Part shown: positions 35,712 through 44,676 of the stretch, piece by piece | Position numbering within the stretch: the stretch's first letter is position 1 | How the letters are laid out: every line of letters starts with the position of its first letter | Source of the DNA: Candidatus Obscuribacterales bacterium | GTDB lineage: Bacteria > Cyanobacteriota > Vampirovibrionia > Obscuribacterales > Obscuribacteraceae | Length of the DNA: 64,000 nt | Direction of reading: 5' to 3' | NCBI GenBank assembly: GCA_019745415.1 | Contig: JAIETF010000009.1 | Span: forward strand, 64,503 to 128,502 | Translations under genes and position numbers: made by a program | The notes under the pieces: model-generated | What the model saw: only the letters and a program-made list of their open reading frames with translations | Told to the model about the DNA's origin: nothing | The model's database searches: none

Positions 35712-37709
35712 ATGCCCCGAGATCTCCCTATCGGCAATGGCAATGTGCTTGTTAATTTTGATGGACAATACCAAATTAGAGACATATATTTCCCGAGGGT
35801 GGGGCAGGACAATCAGACAGTCGGGCGGGTCAATCATCTAGGATTCTGGGTGGATGGGCAATTCTCGTGGATTAACGAAGACTGGCATATCGAGAAACGC
35901 TACTTGAAAGAGAGCCTGGTCACCGATGTGCTTTTGCGCAATGACCGCTTGCACATAGAAGTGCGCATGCACGACCTGGTTGACGCCCAAGACAACATCT
36001 TGCTGAGAGAAGTGCATATCAAATCACTGGATGGCAAAGATCACCTGGTCAGAGTCTTTTTTCACCAAGACTTCAGCATCTCGGAAAATGAAGTGGGCGA
36101 CACGGCATTTTATGACCCCCGCACACTCTCTGTCATTCACTATAAGAAAAATCGCTGGTTTTTGATAAGCACAAAGACCCCGCTTAAATGCGGCGTCACC
36201 GACTGGTCGGTGGGCAAAAAAGGTGTAGATGGGCTGGAAGGCACATATAAAGATGCCGAAGACGGCAAATTAGGCGGCAACCCGATTGTGCAGGGTTCGG
36301 TCGATTCGGTAGTCGGGCTTAATTTGTCGGTGCCTGCCAATGGTGAAGCTTGCGGACATTACTGGATGTGCATGGGCCGCAACTATGAAGAAGTAAAGGC
36401 TCTCAACGATGAGATGATCAAAGAGGAGCATGCCGAGCGCATGGTACCCCGCAACCAGAACTATTGGAAGCTCTGGGTCAATCCCGAGCATATAGATTTT
36501 CATGGTCTGCCCCCGAAAGTAACCGAGCTTTTCAAACGCTCGCTCTTGACCATAAGAACCCAGGTGGACAACGGAGGCGCCATCATCGCCGCCAACGATC
36601 ACGATATCACTCAGTTTGCCCGCGACACCTATAGCTATATGTGGCCGCGCGATGGGGCGCTGGTTGCCTATGCCATGACCAAAGCCGGTCACCGCGACCT
36701 GACCCAGCGCTTCTTCAAATTTTGCAGCGACGTCATCAAAGAAGACGGCTATCTCTTGCACAAATACAATCCAGACCGCAGCGTCGCCTCAAGCTGGCAC
36801 CCCTGGCTGAAAGACGGCAAAGAAGTTTTACCTATACAAGAAGATGAAACAGCCTTGGTGATTTGGTCGCTCTGGCATCATTTCAAAAAATTCCGCAATA
36901 TCGAGTTTATTCGCTCGGTGGCCGACAATCTAATTTTCAAAGCGGCCGATTTTCTCTGCAACTACCGTGACGAAGAAACCAAGTTGCCGCATCCATCTTA
37001 TGACCTCTGGGAAGAGAGATGGGGCGTGCATCTTTTCACCGTCTGTAGTGTCATAGGCGGGCTCAATGCTGCCGCCAATTTCTGCCAGGCTATAGGCGAG
37101 TTGACTAAAGCGCACCGCTATCAAGCAGTTGCCGATGAAATACAAGAAGCCATGGTCGAACATATGTGGAGCAAAGAGCATAAACGCTTCTGCCGCATGG
37201 CCACCCGCACCGAAAGCGGCTATAACCTCGACATGAATATAGACGCCGCCATGTATGCCTTGTTTGCTTTCGGCAATATGAGCCCCCATGACTCAAAAGT
37301 AGCAGCCACAATGAAAGCCATCAAAGATAGACTGTGGATTAAGACCGAAGTGGGTGGTCTGGCTCGTTATGAAAACGACTATTATCATCAGATCTCGCAA
37401 GATGTTGAAAATGTGCCGGGCAACCCCTGGTTCATCTGTACGATGTGGCTGGCCCAATATGACATTGCCGCCGCCCGCAGCCCTGAAGATTTGAAAGATG
37501 CAGTCAAAATGATGGAATGGGTAGCCAATCGCGCCTTGATGTCGGGCGTCTTGGCTGAACAAGTGCATCCCTACAGCAACGAGCCCCTCTCTGTATCACC
37601 GCTGACTTGGAGCCATGCCACTTTTGTCACTTGCGTGCTGGAATATCTAGACCGCAAGAAGCAATTGATGAGCGAGAATGTCTTCGCCCAAACAATTATT
37701 CCTGTTTAG
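35712..37709 (+). CDS. Glycoside hydrolase family 15 (glucoamylase / glucodextranase / trehalase-like)
   Basis: N-terminal beta-domain LPIGNGNVLVNFD. Catalytic-domain motifs GAIIAANDHDI and YSYMWPRDGA. ATG at 35712 is preceded by AAGAGG. Confidence 0.85.
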   Translation: MPRDLPIGNGNVLVNFDGQYQIRDIYFPRVGQDNQTVGRVNHLGFWVDGQFSWINEDWHIEKRYLKESLVTDVLLRNDRLHIEVRMHDLVDAQDNILLREVHIKSLDGKDHLVRVFFHQDFSISENEVGDTAFYDPRTLSVIHYKKNRWFLISTKTPLKCGVTDWSVGKKGVDGLEGTYKDAEDGKLGGNPIVQGSVDSVVGLNLSVPANGEACGHYWMCMGRNYEEVKALNDEMIKEEHAERMVPRNQNYWKLWVNPEHIDFHGLPPKVTELFKRSLLTIRTQVDNGGAIIAANDHDITQFARDTYSYMWPRDGALVAYAMTKAGHRDLTQRFFKFCSDVIKEDGYLLHKYNPDRSVASSWHPWLKDGKEVLPIQEDETALVIWSLWHHFKKFRNIEFIRSVADNLIFKAADFLCNYRDEETKLPHPSYDLWEERWGVHLFTVCSVIGGLNAAANFCQAIGELTKAHRYQAVADEIQEAMVEHMWSKEHKRFCRMATRTESGYNLDMNIDAAMYALFAFGNMSPHDSKVAATMKAIKDRLWIKTEVGGLARYENDYYHQISQDVENVPGNPWFICTMWLAQYDIAAARSPEDLKDAVKMMEWVANRALMSGVLAEQVHPYSNEPLSVSPLTWSHATFVTCVLEYLDRKKQLMSENVFAQTIIPV

Positions 37710-37711
37710 AG

Positions 37712-40273
37712 CTATTGCGATACAGACTGCATAAGCTTGAGGGCTTGTACAGTGCGGTCATCTTTATCACCAAATAGAGATTTTCGAATCTCATAGGACC
37801 CTTTGGCATACTCTAAGGCTTTGCCTTTGTCTTTCTGCGCCTTGCAAACCATAGCCAGACAGAACTGGGCATCAGCTAACCCCTCTTGTCTTGCACCGCC
37901 ACTGCGCTTGTTTATATCTAGAGCCCGCTCAAAATGCTGGTGGGCTTCATCTAGACGCTTGGCGTGATACTCGATTGAACCAAGAGTGATTAGCGAATTG
38001 GCAATAGCTGGATTATCAGGACTGAGACTTTTCTCTCGTAAATCGAGAGCTTTCTTGTAAAGATCGCGAGCTTTCATCCACTCGCCTGTAAATTGATATG
38101 CCTGCCCAAGTGCGCTCTCGATATTGGCTTTGTCGATAGGGTTGAAAGCCAGAGAAAACTCGGCAATCTTGAGAGCCTGAGATAAATACTTCACCGCCTC
38201 TTTTGGCTTATTCTGAGAGAGAGAGAGATTACCCAGAGCAGCCAACGTCTCTGCTACTTTGTCTTTCTCGGGACCGGTGAAAGTTTTGCGTACCTTCAAA
38301 GCTCGGTCTAAATAAAGACGAGACTCCTTGAAGTTACCCATAGCCAAATAAATTTCGCCCATATCATTGAGAGCTTCGCTGGCCTCCGGCGAACTAATCT
38401 GACCGGCACTCTCTCTTACTTTCAAAACAGCCCGGCAGGCTTCAAGGGCTTCGTCGAACTTACCAAGCTCAAAACAAGCTTTATTGATCCAAATTTGTGC
38501 TTCCGGCACCTGCTTTTCATAGCGACCCTTTTCTTTAGCTAGAGCAAGGGCGCTTTTGTACTGATCTAGGGCGACATCATAGTCACCGTGTTCGAAAGCA
38601 GAGTGGCCTCGCTTCATGATCTCTTCAAAAGCCAGACCAGCAGCGGGTTTATTGTCACCGCCGCCCACCACATTGAGAACGCTATTGAAACCGCCCAGAC
38701 CTGTGCTAGACCCGCCTGAACCAGAAGAAGAGTTTCTGCCGGGCTCGGCATGCTTGCCCGAGAATGCCATAAAGGAAAGAACACCAACAATAAGCACCAG
38801 CACTACAGCGCCGATCAAGACCGGGCGGGGCAAGGCACTGCTGTCGTATTTTCTGCTGGCTGCTACATTTTGACTTTTGACCGAGCCGCCACTAGATCTC
38901 GCACCTGACCCGGCACCTGAACCGGCACCTGACCCGGCACCTGAACCAACAAAAGTGCGCAACTGCGCTTCATCTACTTTCTGCGCCCCGGTCTGCGACT
39001 GTTTCTCGGCGCTTACTGTTGGTTTAGCGGCTTCCGCCGTATCTTTGCCTGACGCCGCCCGCGCTTGTTCGGGAGTGCGCGCATCGGTGGTAATGGAGCG
39101 GAAGACCGGCGGAGCATCGGCTCCGGTGCCCGACGGCACTCGCACCGTTTGTGATACCACCTCTTCATCGGCAGCGGCGACACCCTCGGCGCGAGCCTGT
39201 GCTGCCGCTTCGCTCATATTGAGGCTGGCCACCGAATTGGTTTCTTTCTGGGCATAAATCGAACCTGAGAGAGTGCCATAAAGCCCAGACATCTCTTTGC
39301 GCGCCAACTCGACCAGATCGTCCTTGAGCTCATCCATGCTTTGATAGCGCTGGTCAGGATCTTTAGCCATAGCTTTAAAGACAATTTCTTCTAAACCAGG
39401 GGGGAACTGAAAATCAGGCACGACTTCGGCAAAGGAGCGAGGCACTCCGCTTACATGATTGGAGAAGCACTCGATGGCACTTTGCCCTGAAACTGCCGTG
39501 ACGCCGGTCAGAACCCGATACATAACACAGCCCACCGAATAAATATCAGAGCGGGCATCTAGGGTCTTACCCATGCACTGCTCTGGGCTCATATAAAGCG
39601 GGCTGCCGAATACTTCTCCGCTCTTCGTGAGGTCTTCAGACTCACCGTCCACTGCTCCGGTGATTTTAGCCATGCCGAAATCGACTACTTTGACGAAATT
39701 CTTGCGCCCTTCCCATTCCACCAACATAATGTTGGCAGGCTTCAAGTCTCGATGCACAATACCTTTGCGATGAGCATGACCAAGCCCTGATGCTGTTTGA
39801 ATAAAGATATCGATGGCGGCATCAAGAGGCAAATGCTGATTGGCATCAAGCATTTTGGAAAGATTGGTGCCTTCCAAAAAGTCCATGACCAGATATGGCA
39901 TGCCATCAGGAGTGACACCAAAGTCATAAACAGTAAGAATATTTGGATGATTGAGACTGCTTGCCGCCTGCGCTTCTTGTTTGAAGCGCTTCAGAGCTGA
40001 GACACTGGCAATGAGCTGGGGCAGCATTATTTTGATCGCTACCATTCTCTTCATGAGAGTATGTTTGGCTTTATAGACCAAGCCCATGCCGCCGGCACCA
40101 AGCTTCTCGAGAATCTCGTACTTGCCCGAAAGTATTGTGCCTATCAAACTATCGGTCTTTACCGGTGTCAATAACTCATCATCGTCCGGACAGAGTACGA
40201 TGTCCTCTGTGAACTCTTTGCCGCAGGTCATACAGACCTTGCGATAGGAACCGGACTGAGCTTCTTTTGACAA
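37712..40273 (-). CDS. Hanks-type Ser/Thr protein kinase with N-terminal zinc-ribbon-like motif, one TM helix and C-terminal TPR repeats
   Basis: CMTCG...CPDD, then GxGGMG...AIK, HRDLKPANIM, DFGMAK and SPEQ. A (GSGA)4 linker, a TM helix (VLIGAVVLVLIVGVLSFMAF), then at least seven TPR units. TTG start. Confidence 0.9.
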   Translation of the reverse strand: MSKEAQSGSYRKVCMTCGKEFTEDIVLCPDDDELLTPVKTDSLIGTILSGKYEILEKLGAGGMGLVYKAKHTLMKRMVAIKIMLPQLIASVSALKRFKQEAQAASSLNHPNILTVYDFGVTPDGMPYLVMDFLEGTNLSKMLDANQHLPLDAAIDIFIQTASGLGHAHRKGIVHRDLKPANIMLVEWEGRKNFVKVVDFGMAKITGAVDGESEDLTKSGEVFGSPLYMSPEQCMGKTLDARSDIYSVGCVMYRVLTGVTAVSGQSAIECFSNHVSGVPRSFAEVVPDFQFPPGLEEIVFKAMAKDPDQRYQSMDELKDDLVELARKEMSGLYGTLSGSIYAQKETNSVASLNMSEAAAQARAEGVAAADEEVVSQTVRVPSGTGADAPPVFRSITTDARTPEQARAASGKDTAEAAKPTVSAEKQSQTGAQKVDEAQLRTFVGSGAGSGAGSGAGSGARSSGGSVKSQNVAASRKYDSSALPRPVLIGAVVLVLIVGVLSFMAFSGKHAEPGRNSSSGSGGSSTGLGGFNSVLNVVGGGDNKPAAGLAFEEIMKRGHSAFEHGDYDVALDQYKSALALAKEKGRYEKQVPEAQIWINKACFELGKFDEALEACRAVLKVRESAGQISSPEASEALNDMGEIYLAMGNFKESRLYLDRALKVRKTFTGPEKDKVAETLAALGNLSLSQNKPKEAVKYLSQALKIAEFSLAFNPIDKANIESALGQAYQFTGEWMKARDLYKKALDLREKSLSPDNPAIANSLITLGSIEYHAKRLDEAHQHFERALDINKRSGGARQEGLADAQFCLAMVCKAQKDKGKALEYAKGSYEIRKSLFGDKDDRTVQALKLMQSVSQ
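38900..38947 (-). repeat. 4 x 12-bp in-frame tandem repeat encoding (GSGA)4
   Basis: Units gcacctgaMccg repeated four times on the plus strand. Confidence 0.75.
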
Positions 40274-40507
40274 CTAAAATTACCAGGCTATAGATCTAGT
40301 TAAATATCCAGCATTGACAACCACTTTTGGCTCAAAGTGACAATTCTTTTGACCTTTTGGCTTCTTCTTTTCTTCTAGGGCTTCTTAATTGTTCTTTTGA
40401 CATCTTCTTTCTTTTTATCATCCCTTAGACTCTTGCGCTCAGACCGCCAAACCCCTAGATTTTCTTTACAATGACCTAAGTGGTGGAAGAGCAAAGCAGG
40501 GAGTTTT

Positions 40508-41311
40508 ATGAAAGCGAAAAGAAGCCTATCTTTATTAGCTTACAGCTTGGCGGCTCTAGCCATCACAGCCGTCATTCCGGCTCTAGGCGGCGGCACTGGC
40601 TATCAACTGGTAAAGCCCAAGAGCTATAAAGGCAAAAGCACAAGCAATGTAGCTGCCGGTAGGGCACTTTTTGAAAAGAATAACTGTCAAAATTGCCATT
40701 CAGTAGGTGAGAAGGGCGGTTGCCTGGCACCACCGCTAGACGGCATCGGCGCCTATCGTGGACGTCCATATATTATCGCCCGCATCACGTTGGGTGATAA
40801 ATTCATCAAAGACTTCGCCCGCCGCTATAAAGACGAAGAGCTTATGCCCCACCCCCGTCTGCCTCTGAAAGATTCTTCGGCAATCGCAGACTATTTGCTC
40901 AGCCTCTCTTCGCCTGAAAGCGGCTATAAAGTCTATGGCCATAACCGCGAAGAAACAAGCGAAGAGAAGTTGACCAATCCCTTGCCCCCGGCAGATAAGA
41001 AGTTGCCGGGCGATCTGGCTCTCAGCGAAGAGGGGCGCAATAAGTTTCTGCAATCAGGCTGCCTGGCCTGTCATTCCATCGGCAATCTAGGCGGCAGGTT
41101 GGCGCCAAATTTAGCTGGTATCGGCAGCAGAAAAACTATAGACAGCATCGAAAGTCGCATCACCAGAGCCGAACTGCAACCCGCCACCCTTGATGATGTG
41201 AAGGAAGGCTCTTCCAGCGGCATACAACATAGCAGCGTCATGCCCGCTTCTGCTTTGAGCCCGGAAGAAATTCATGCCATAGCGGCTTTCTTGTCCACAC
41301 TAACCAAATAG
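40508..41311 (+). CDS. Dihaem c-type cytochrome (two class I domains), secreted
   Basis: Signal peptide. Two CxxCH motifs (CQNCH, CLACH), each with a downstream Met. AGGGAG upstream of the ATG. Confidence 0.8.
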   Translation: MKAKRSLSLLAYSLAALAITAVIPALGGGTGYQLVKPKSYKGKSTSNVAAGRALFEKNNCQNCHSVGEKGGCLAPPLDGIGAYRGRPYIIARITLGDKFIKDFARRYKDEELMPHPRLPLKDSSAIADYLLSLSSPESGYKVYGHNREETSEEKLTNPLPPADKKLPGDLALSEEGRNKFLQSGCLACHSIGNLGGRLAPNLAGIGSRKTIDSIESRITRAELQPATLDDVKEGSSSGIQHSSVMPASALSPEEIHAIAAFLSTLTK

Positions 41312-41324
41312 CCTCGGCTGCTCG

Positions 41325-42386
41325 CTATTTGAGCTTACGAATGGCTCGCAGCGGAGCAGTTAATTTCCACGATATAGAACTATGAATCTTATCGATTTCG
41401 TTTTGAAAATTGATATGGTCTTTTTCACGGCAGCGCTTCAGATGGTCTAGCTCGGCGATAGTGGGGCTGATATAGCGTAAAGCCAAAAATAACATCTGGG
41501 CATAATCATCCGAGAGATCAGGTCTGCCGCCGGGTATAGCTTCGGGCGCGTTGCGTCTCACTGCTTGCAGCGAAAGCCCTTGCTCGCGCACAAGATAATC
41601 AACTTGCAGGGACGAGAATTCAATCAACCTTTTGAAGTAATGGTCGAGACTTTCACCAATCTCTTCCAGATACGAATAATATTGCACACCCAGCTTGAAA
41701 CAATCGATCAAGTCACGCAAATGGCGATGATTGACCGTAGTAGTTCCGCCTTCATGTAAGCGAAAAGAACAAAGCGGCTCATTAATGAAATAGAGATCGC
41801 CTTTCTCTAAAATGCGAAACCAATACTCGAGATCGCCGAAATGGAAATAACGAGTATCGTAACCATAGCCTTTATCTTTCGCGCGAAACATACCGACAAC
41901 CGGCTCACCAAGCCGATTATCGAGGAGAATCAAACTCCAGGTGATCAGGAACTTGCCGGGGAAAACACATTCACGATTGAGAGAAGGCGCAGGCGTCTCG
42001 CCTCCTTGTCCATCGAGTATAGACTTGGCAGTGAGCACCAGCGAAACTTGCGGATGCTCATTGAGGGCGCGACGTGCCTTGGCTAGATAATGCGGAGAAA
42101 GCTTATCGTCTTGGGCGAAAGGTTTGATGAACTCTCCGGCAGCTAAATTCATACATTGGTTGTAATTGCCGAATAAACCAAGATTGCTTTCGTTCTTGTG
42201 TACCTTAAGCTGAGGAAAGCGAGCGGCGTAGTTATGCAGGATAGAAAGGCTTTCGTCGGTAGAACCGTCATCACAAGCGATCACTTCGAAGTTTTGATCG
42301 GTCTGAGCAAAGAGACTGTCCAAAGCCGACTCAAGATACTTCGCGCCGTTATAAACGGGCAAAAGAATAGATATCAAACCAGACAT
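41325..42386 (-). CDS. Family 2 glycosyltransferase
   Basis: ISILLPVYNGAKYLESALDSLFAQTDQNFEVIACDDGSTDES. Confidence 0.85.
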   Translation of the reverse strand: MSGLISILLPVYNGAKYLESALDSLFAQTDQNFEVIACDDGSTDESLSILHNYAARFPQLKVHKNESNLGLFGNYNQCMNLAAGEFIKPFAQDDKLSPHYLAKARRALNEHPQVSLVLTAKSILDGQGGETPAPSLNRECVFPGKFLITWSLILLDNRLGEPVVGMFRAKDKGYGYDTRYFHFGDLEYWFRILEKGDLYFINEPLCSFRLHEGGTTTVNHRHLRDLIDCFKLGVQYYSYLEEIGESLDHYFKRLIEFSSLQVDYLVREQGLSLQAVRRNAPEAIPGGRPDLSDDYAQMLFLALRYISPTIAELDHLKRCREKDHINFQNEIDKIHSSISWKLTAPLRAIRKLK

Positions 42387-43178
42387 TTAAGACACTGGCG
42401 CCGTAAAACGCTTCACTGCAACTTTCTCATGATGGGCCATGAGATCTTCAAAGGCATCGACGACTTCGTTCACATTACCAATCTTGACTGTGCGACCGCC
42501 ATTTAAAAGAACTGCTTGATCGCACCAAGACTTGACCATATTCATGTCATGGGTAACAAAAATGATCGTCTTGCCTGACTGCTTCATCTGCCAGATATGG
42601 TCTCTGCACTTCACCTGAAAGCTCTGATCGCCGACAGCCATAGCTTCATCAACAAGAAGAATCTCGGGCTCGACACTAACAGCGGTGGCAAATGCCAAAC
42701 GCACTATCATGCCGCTGGAATAAGTCTTTATAGGCTGATCGAAGAAATCACCAATCTCGGCAAATTCAGCGATTGACTCGACTCGCTCTTCCATTTCTTC
42801 TCTAGGAATACCAAGAATCATGCCGTTTAAAAGCACGTTCTCGCGACCGCTATAGTCGGGTTGAAAACCGGCGCCAAGCTCTAATATGGCGGTAATGCGA
42901 CCACGCCGCTCGACAATGCCGGTAGTGGGTTCAAGCACACCGGCGATTATCTGCAGAAGTGTCGATTTACCCGAACCATTCGGACCAATTAGAGCAGTGA
43001 CCCCCTTAGGAAACTGCACATTAATGTCGCGCAGAGCCCAGTACTCGCGATGACAGCAAATCTTGTTGCGAGTAATTATTTCTTTCAGGCGATCTACCGG
43101 ACGTTCGTAGATGTTGTATCTCTTCGAGACACCGGTTACTTCGACTTTAAATTGCTCTTTAGAACTTTCGGAACTCAT
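42387..43178 (-). CDS. ABC transporter ATP-binding protein, polysaccharide/teichoic-acid export type (Wzt/TagH/KpsT-like)
   Basis: GPNGSGKSTLLQIIAG, YSSGMIVRLAFA and LLVDEAMAVGD. ATG at 43178 (MSSESSKEQFKVEV...). The stop abuts the GT2 start codon. Confidence 0.85.
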   Translation of the reverse strand: MSSESSKEQFKVEVTGVSKRYNIYERPVDRLKEIITRNKICCHREYWALRDINVQFPKGVTALIGPNGSGKSTLLQIIAGVLEPTTGIVERRGRITAILELGAGFQPDYSGRENVLLNGMILGIPREEMEERVESIAEFAEIGDFFDQPIKTYSSGMIVRLAFATAVSVEPEILLVDEAMAVGDQSFQVKCRDHIWQMKQSGKTIIFVTHDMNMVKSWCDQAVLLNGGRTVKIGNVNEVVDAFEDLMAHHEKVAVKRFTAPVS

Positions 43179-43269
43179 AAGGCTTTCGGAATTAGTTCCC
43201 AAGATGCTAGCACAAAAGCTCTGCCTGCCCATGAAAAGCCTTAAATTCTCACTGGTACAAAGAGCAAAA

Positions 43270-43680
43270 TCAGGGACTATTGCCGCCTCGACCAACATTA
43301 CTGCCATCTTGTTGCATGGCTTGACGCTGGGCACGCCGAGCTTCGCGGGCTTGCTTCATGGCTTGCTTTTCGCTGTCGTCTAAGACGCCATCGCCATTGC
43401 TGTCAAAACGCTTGAGCATTTTCGCCTTGCGATCGCCGTTCTGCCCCATCTTGCCCCTGCCGCCACCACGGCGACCACGATGCCCTCGGTGACGACCACC
43501 GTGACGACCAGCCATCTGCGTGCCGTCGGCAGCCCCACCCCCAGCCCCACCTATAGATGCGCCCCCTGAGTCACCAGAAGGAGCCATGTCTTGTCCCTGG
43601 GCAAAAGCCGACCCGGCTAGACCAATTGCAGCAAAGGCAAAGAGCGAGACTACTCTTGTTAGATTGGCTGTGAAATTCAT
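43270..43680 (-). CDS. Secreted Gly/Arg-rich protein with EF-hand-like calcium loop
   Basis: Signal peptide ...GSAFAQ. GHRGRRGGGRG low-complexity segment. DSNGDGVLDDSE loop (DxNxDGxxD). Confidence 0.6.
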   Translation of the reverse strand: MNFTANLTRVVSLFAFAAIGLAGSAFAQGQDMAPSGDSGGASIGGAGGGAADGTQMAGRHGGRHRGHRGRRGGGRGKMGQNGDRKAKMLKRFDSNGDGVLDDSEKQAMKQAREARRAQRQAMQQDGSNVGRGGNSP

Positions 43681-43792
43681 TTCAGACTTACCTCATACAT
43701 AAACGGTCGAAAAATAACGCCTATTCTCTAAACGTAATTTCGAGCGAAAAGGTTCAAAATTCTGAGCTGAATTAATCCAAATTAAAAACTAT

Positions 43793-44647
43793 TTAGACGA
43801 TACTGATTCGATTGACCGAAACAAAAGAGGCTTCTTCTGTCTCAATAACCTGCACAGTTGGAGGTTCGGCAGCTTTCACATAGGAGAGACCCTGATTGCT
43901 CTGCCTCAAAGCGTTATTGGCCGCATAACTGACCACCGGCGAGAAGAAAAGCGAGAGGAAGAGCTTCTCCATATCGGACCGCAGCTCACTTATATCTCTG
44001 ACGTTATTTATTGAACGCCAGAATGCCTGAGACTTGAAGGCATGCAACTGACCCTTTTCAGCCAGCAGCGGGAAAGTAACCTGTTCCTGCGAACCGCGAT
44101 CGGGCAAGAGTTCATAGATGCTTGGATCGATCACATAAATGCCGGCATTGACCCAATAGGGCAGTTCCGGTTTTTCTCTAAAAGCAGTTACCTGCCCTTT
44201 CTCGTTAAAGTCGACAACGCCGTAAGGACTGACCATGGGCACCGAAACCATGGTCACTTTGGCTTTGCGTAAATCATGATAGGCAAAAACATCGCCTAGA
44301 TTGAGATTGGTTATCGAATCGGCATTAACCACCAAAACAGGCTCGTCTGAAGCCGGCGCCAGGAAGCGCAGGGCATTTTTGACGGCGCCGCCTGAGCCCA
44401 AAGGCTCATCTTCTAAAAGATAGTTGATATTGACGCCCATAGTCTGGCCGTCTCCAAAATATTCGCGGATCATCTCATAGCGATGAGAACAAGTAATGGT
44501 GATATTGCGGATGCCGTTGGCTGAAAGCCACTGAATAAGGCAAGCAAGTAAGGGACGGCCCATCACCGAAATCATCGATGTTGGCTTGTCATCCTGCACC
44601 GGTCTCACTTTGTCACCGCTGCCTGCAAGTATCACGGCATGTTTCAT
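43793..44647 (-). CDS. Sugar-1-phosphate nucleotidyltransferase (NTP_transferase family)
   Basis: MKHAVILAGSGDKVRP...KPTSMISVMGRPLL, GSGGAVKNA and VVNADSI. About 60-aa C-terminal extension. ATG at 44647. Confidence 0.75.
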   Translation of the reverse strand: MKHAVILAGSGDKVRPVQDDKPTSMISVMGRPLLACLIQWLSANGIRNITITCSHRYEMIREYFGDGQTMGVNINYLLEDEPLGSGGAVKNALRFLAPASDEPVLVVNADSITNLNLGDVFAYHDLRKAKVTMVSVPMVSPYGVVDFNEKGQVTAFREKPELPYWVNAGIYVIDPSIYELLPDRGSQEQVTFPLLAEKGQLHAFKSQAFWRSINNVRDISELRSDMEKLFLSLFFSPVVSYAANNALRQSNQGLSYVKAAEPPTVQVIETEEASFVSVNRISIV

Positions 44648-44676
44648 GGTCTGACCCACCCTCGACGAATATACAT

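Noticed and set aside
36270-37568. Several 90-160-aa minus-strand ORFs inside 35712-37709
   Set aside because: Antisense shadows of the GH15 gene. No motifs, and they overlap each other.
38900-38947. Short regularly spaced repeats checked as a possible CRISPR array (also 24471-24524 and 48932-49009)
   Set aside because: All are in-frame tandem repeats without spacers, located inside coding sequences (12, 18 and 39-bp units). No repeat-spacer architecture or cas genes occur anywhere in the window.
38616-39257. Plus-strand ORFs encoding Pro/Ala-rich peptides (APDPAPEPAPDPAPEP)
   Set aside because: They are the reverse-complement reading of the kinase's low-complexity linker, including the (GSGA)4 repeat. 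The kinase frame is continuous and motif-rich.
40274-40507. Promoter calls in the T/C-rich divergent region between the kinase and cytochrome c genes (several TTGACA hexamers)
   Set aside because: The TTGACA copies lack a properly spaced -10 element. For example, the spacing is only 13 nt to TATCAT. I cannot support a specific promoter.
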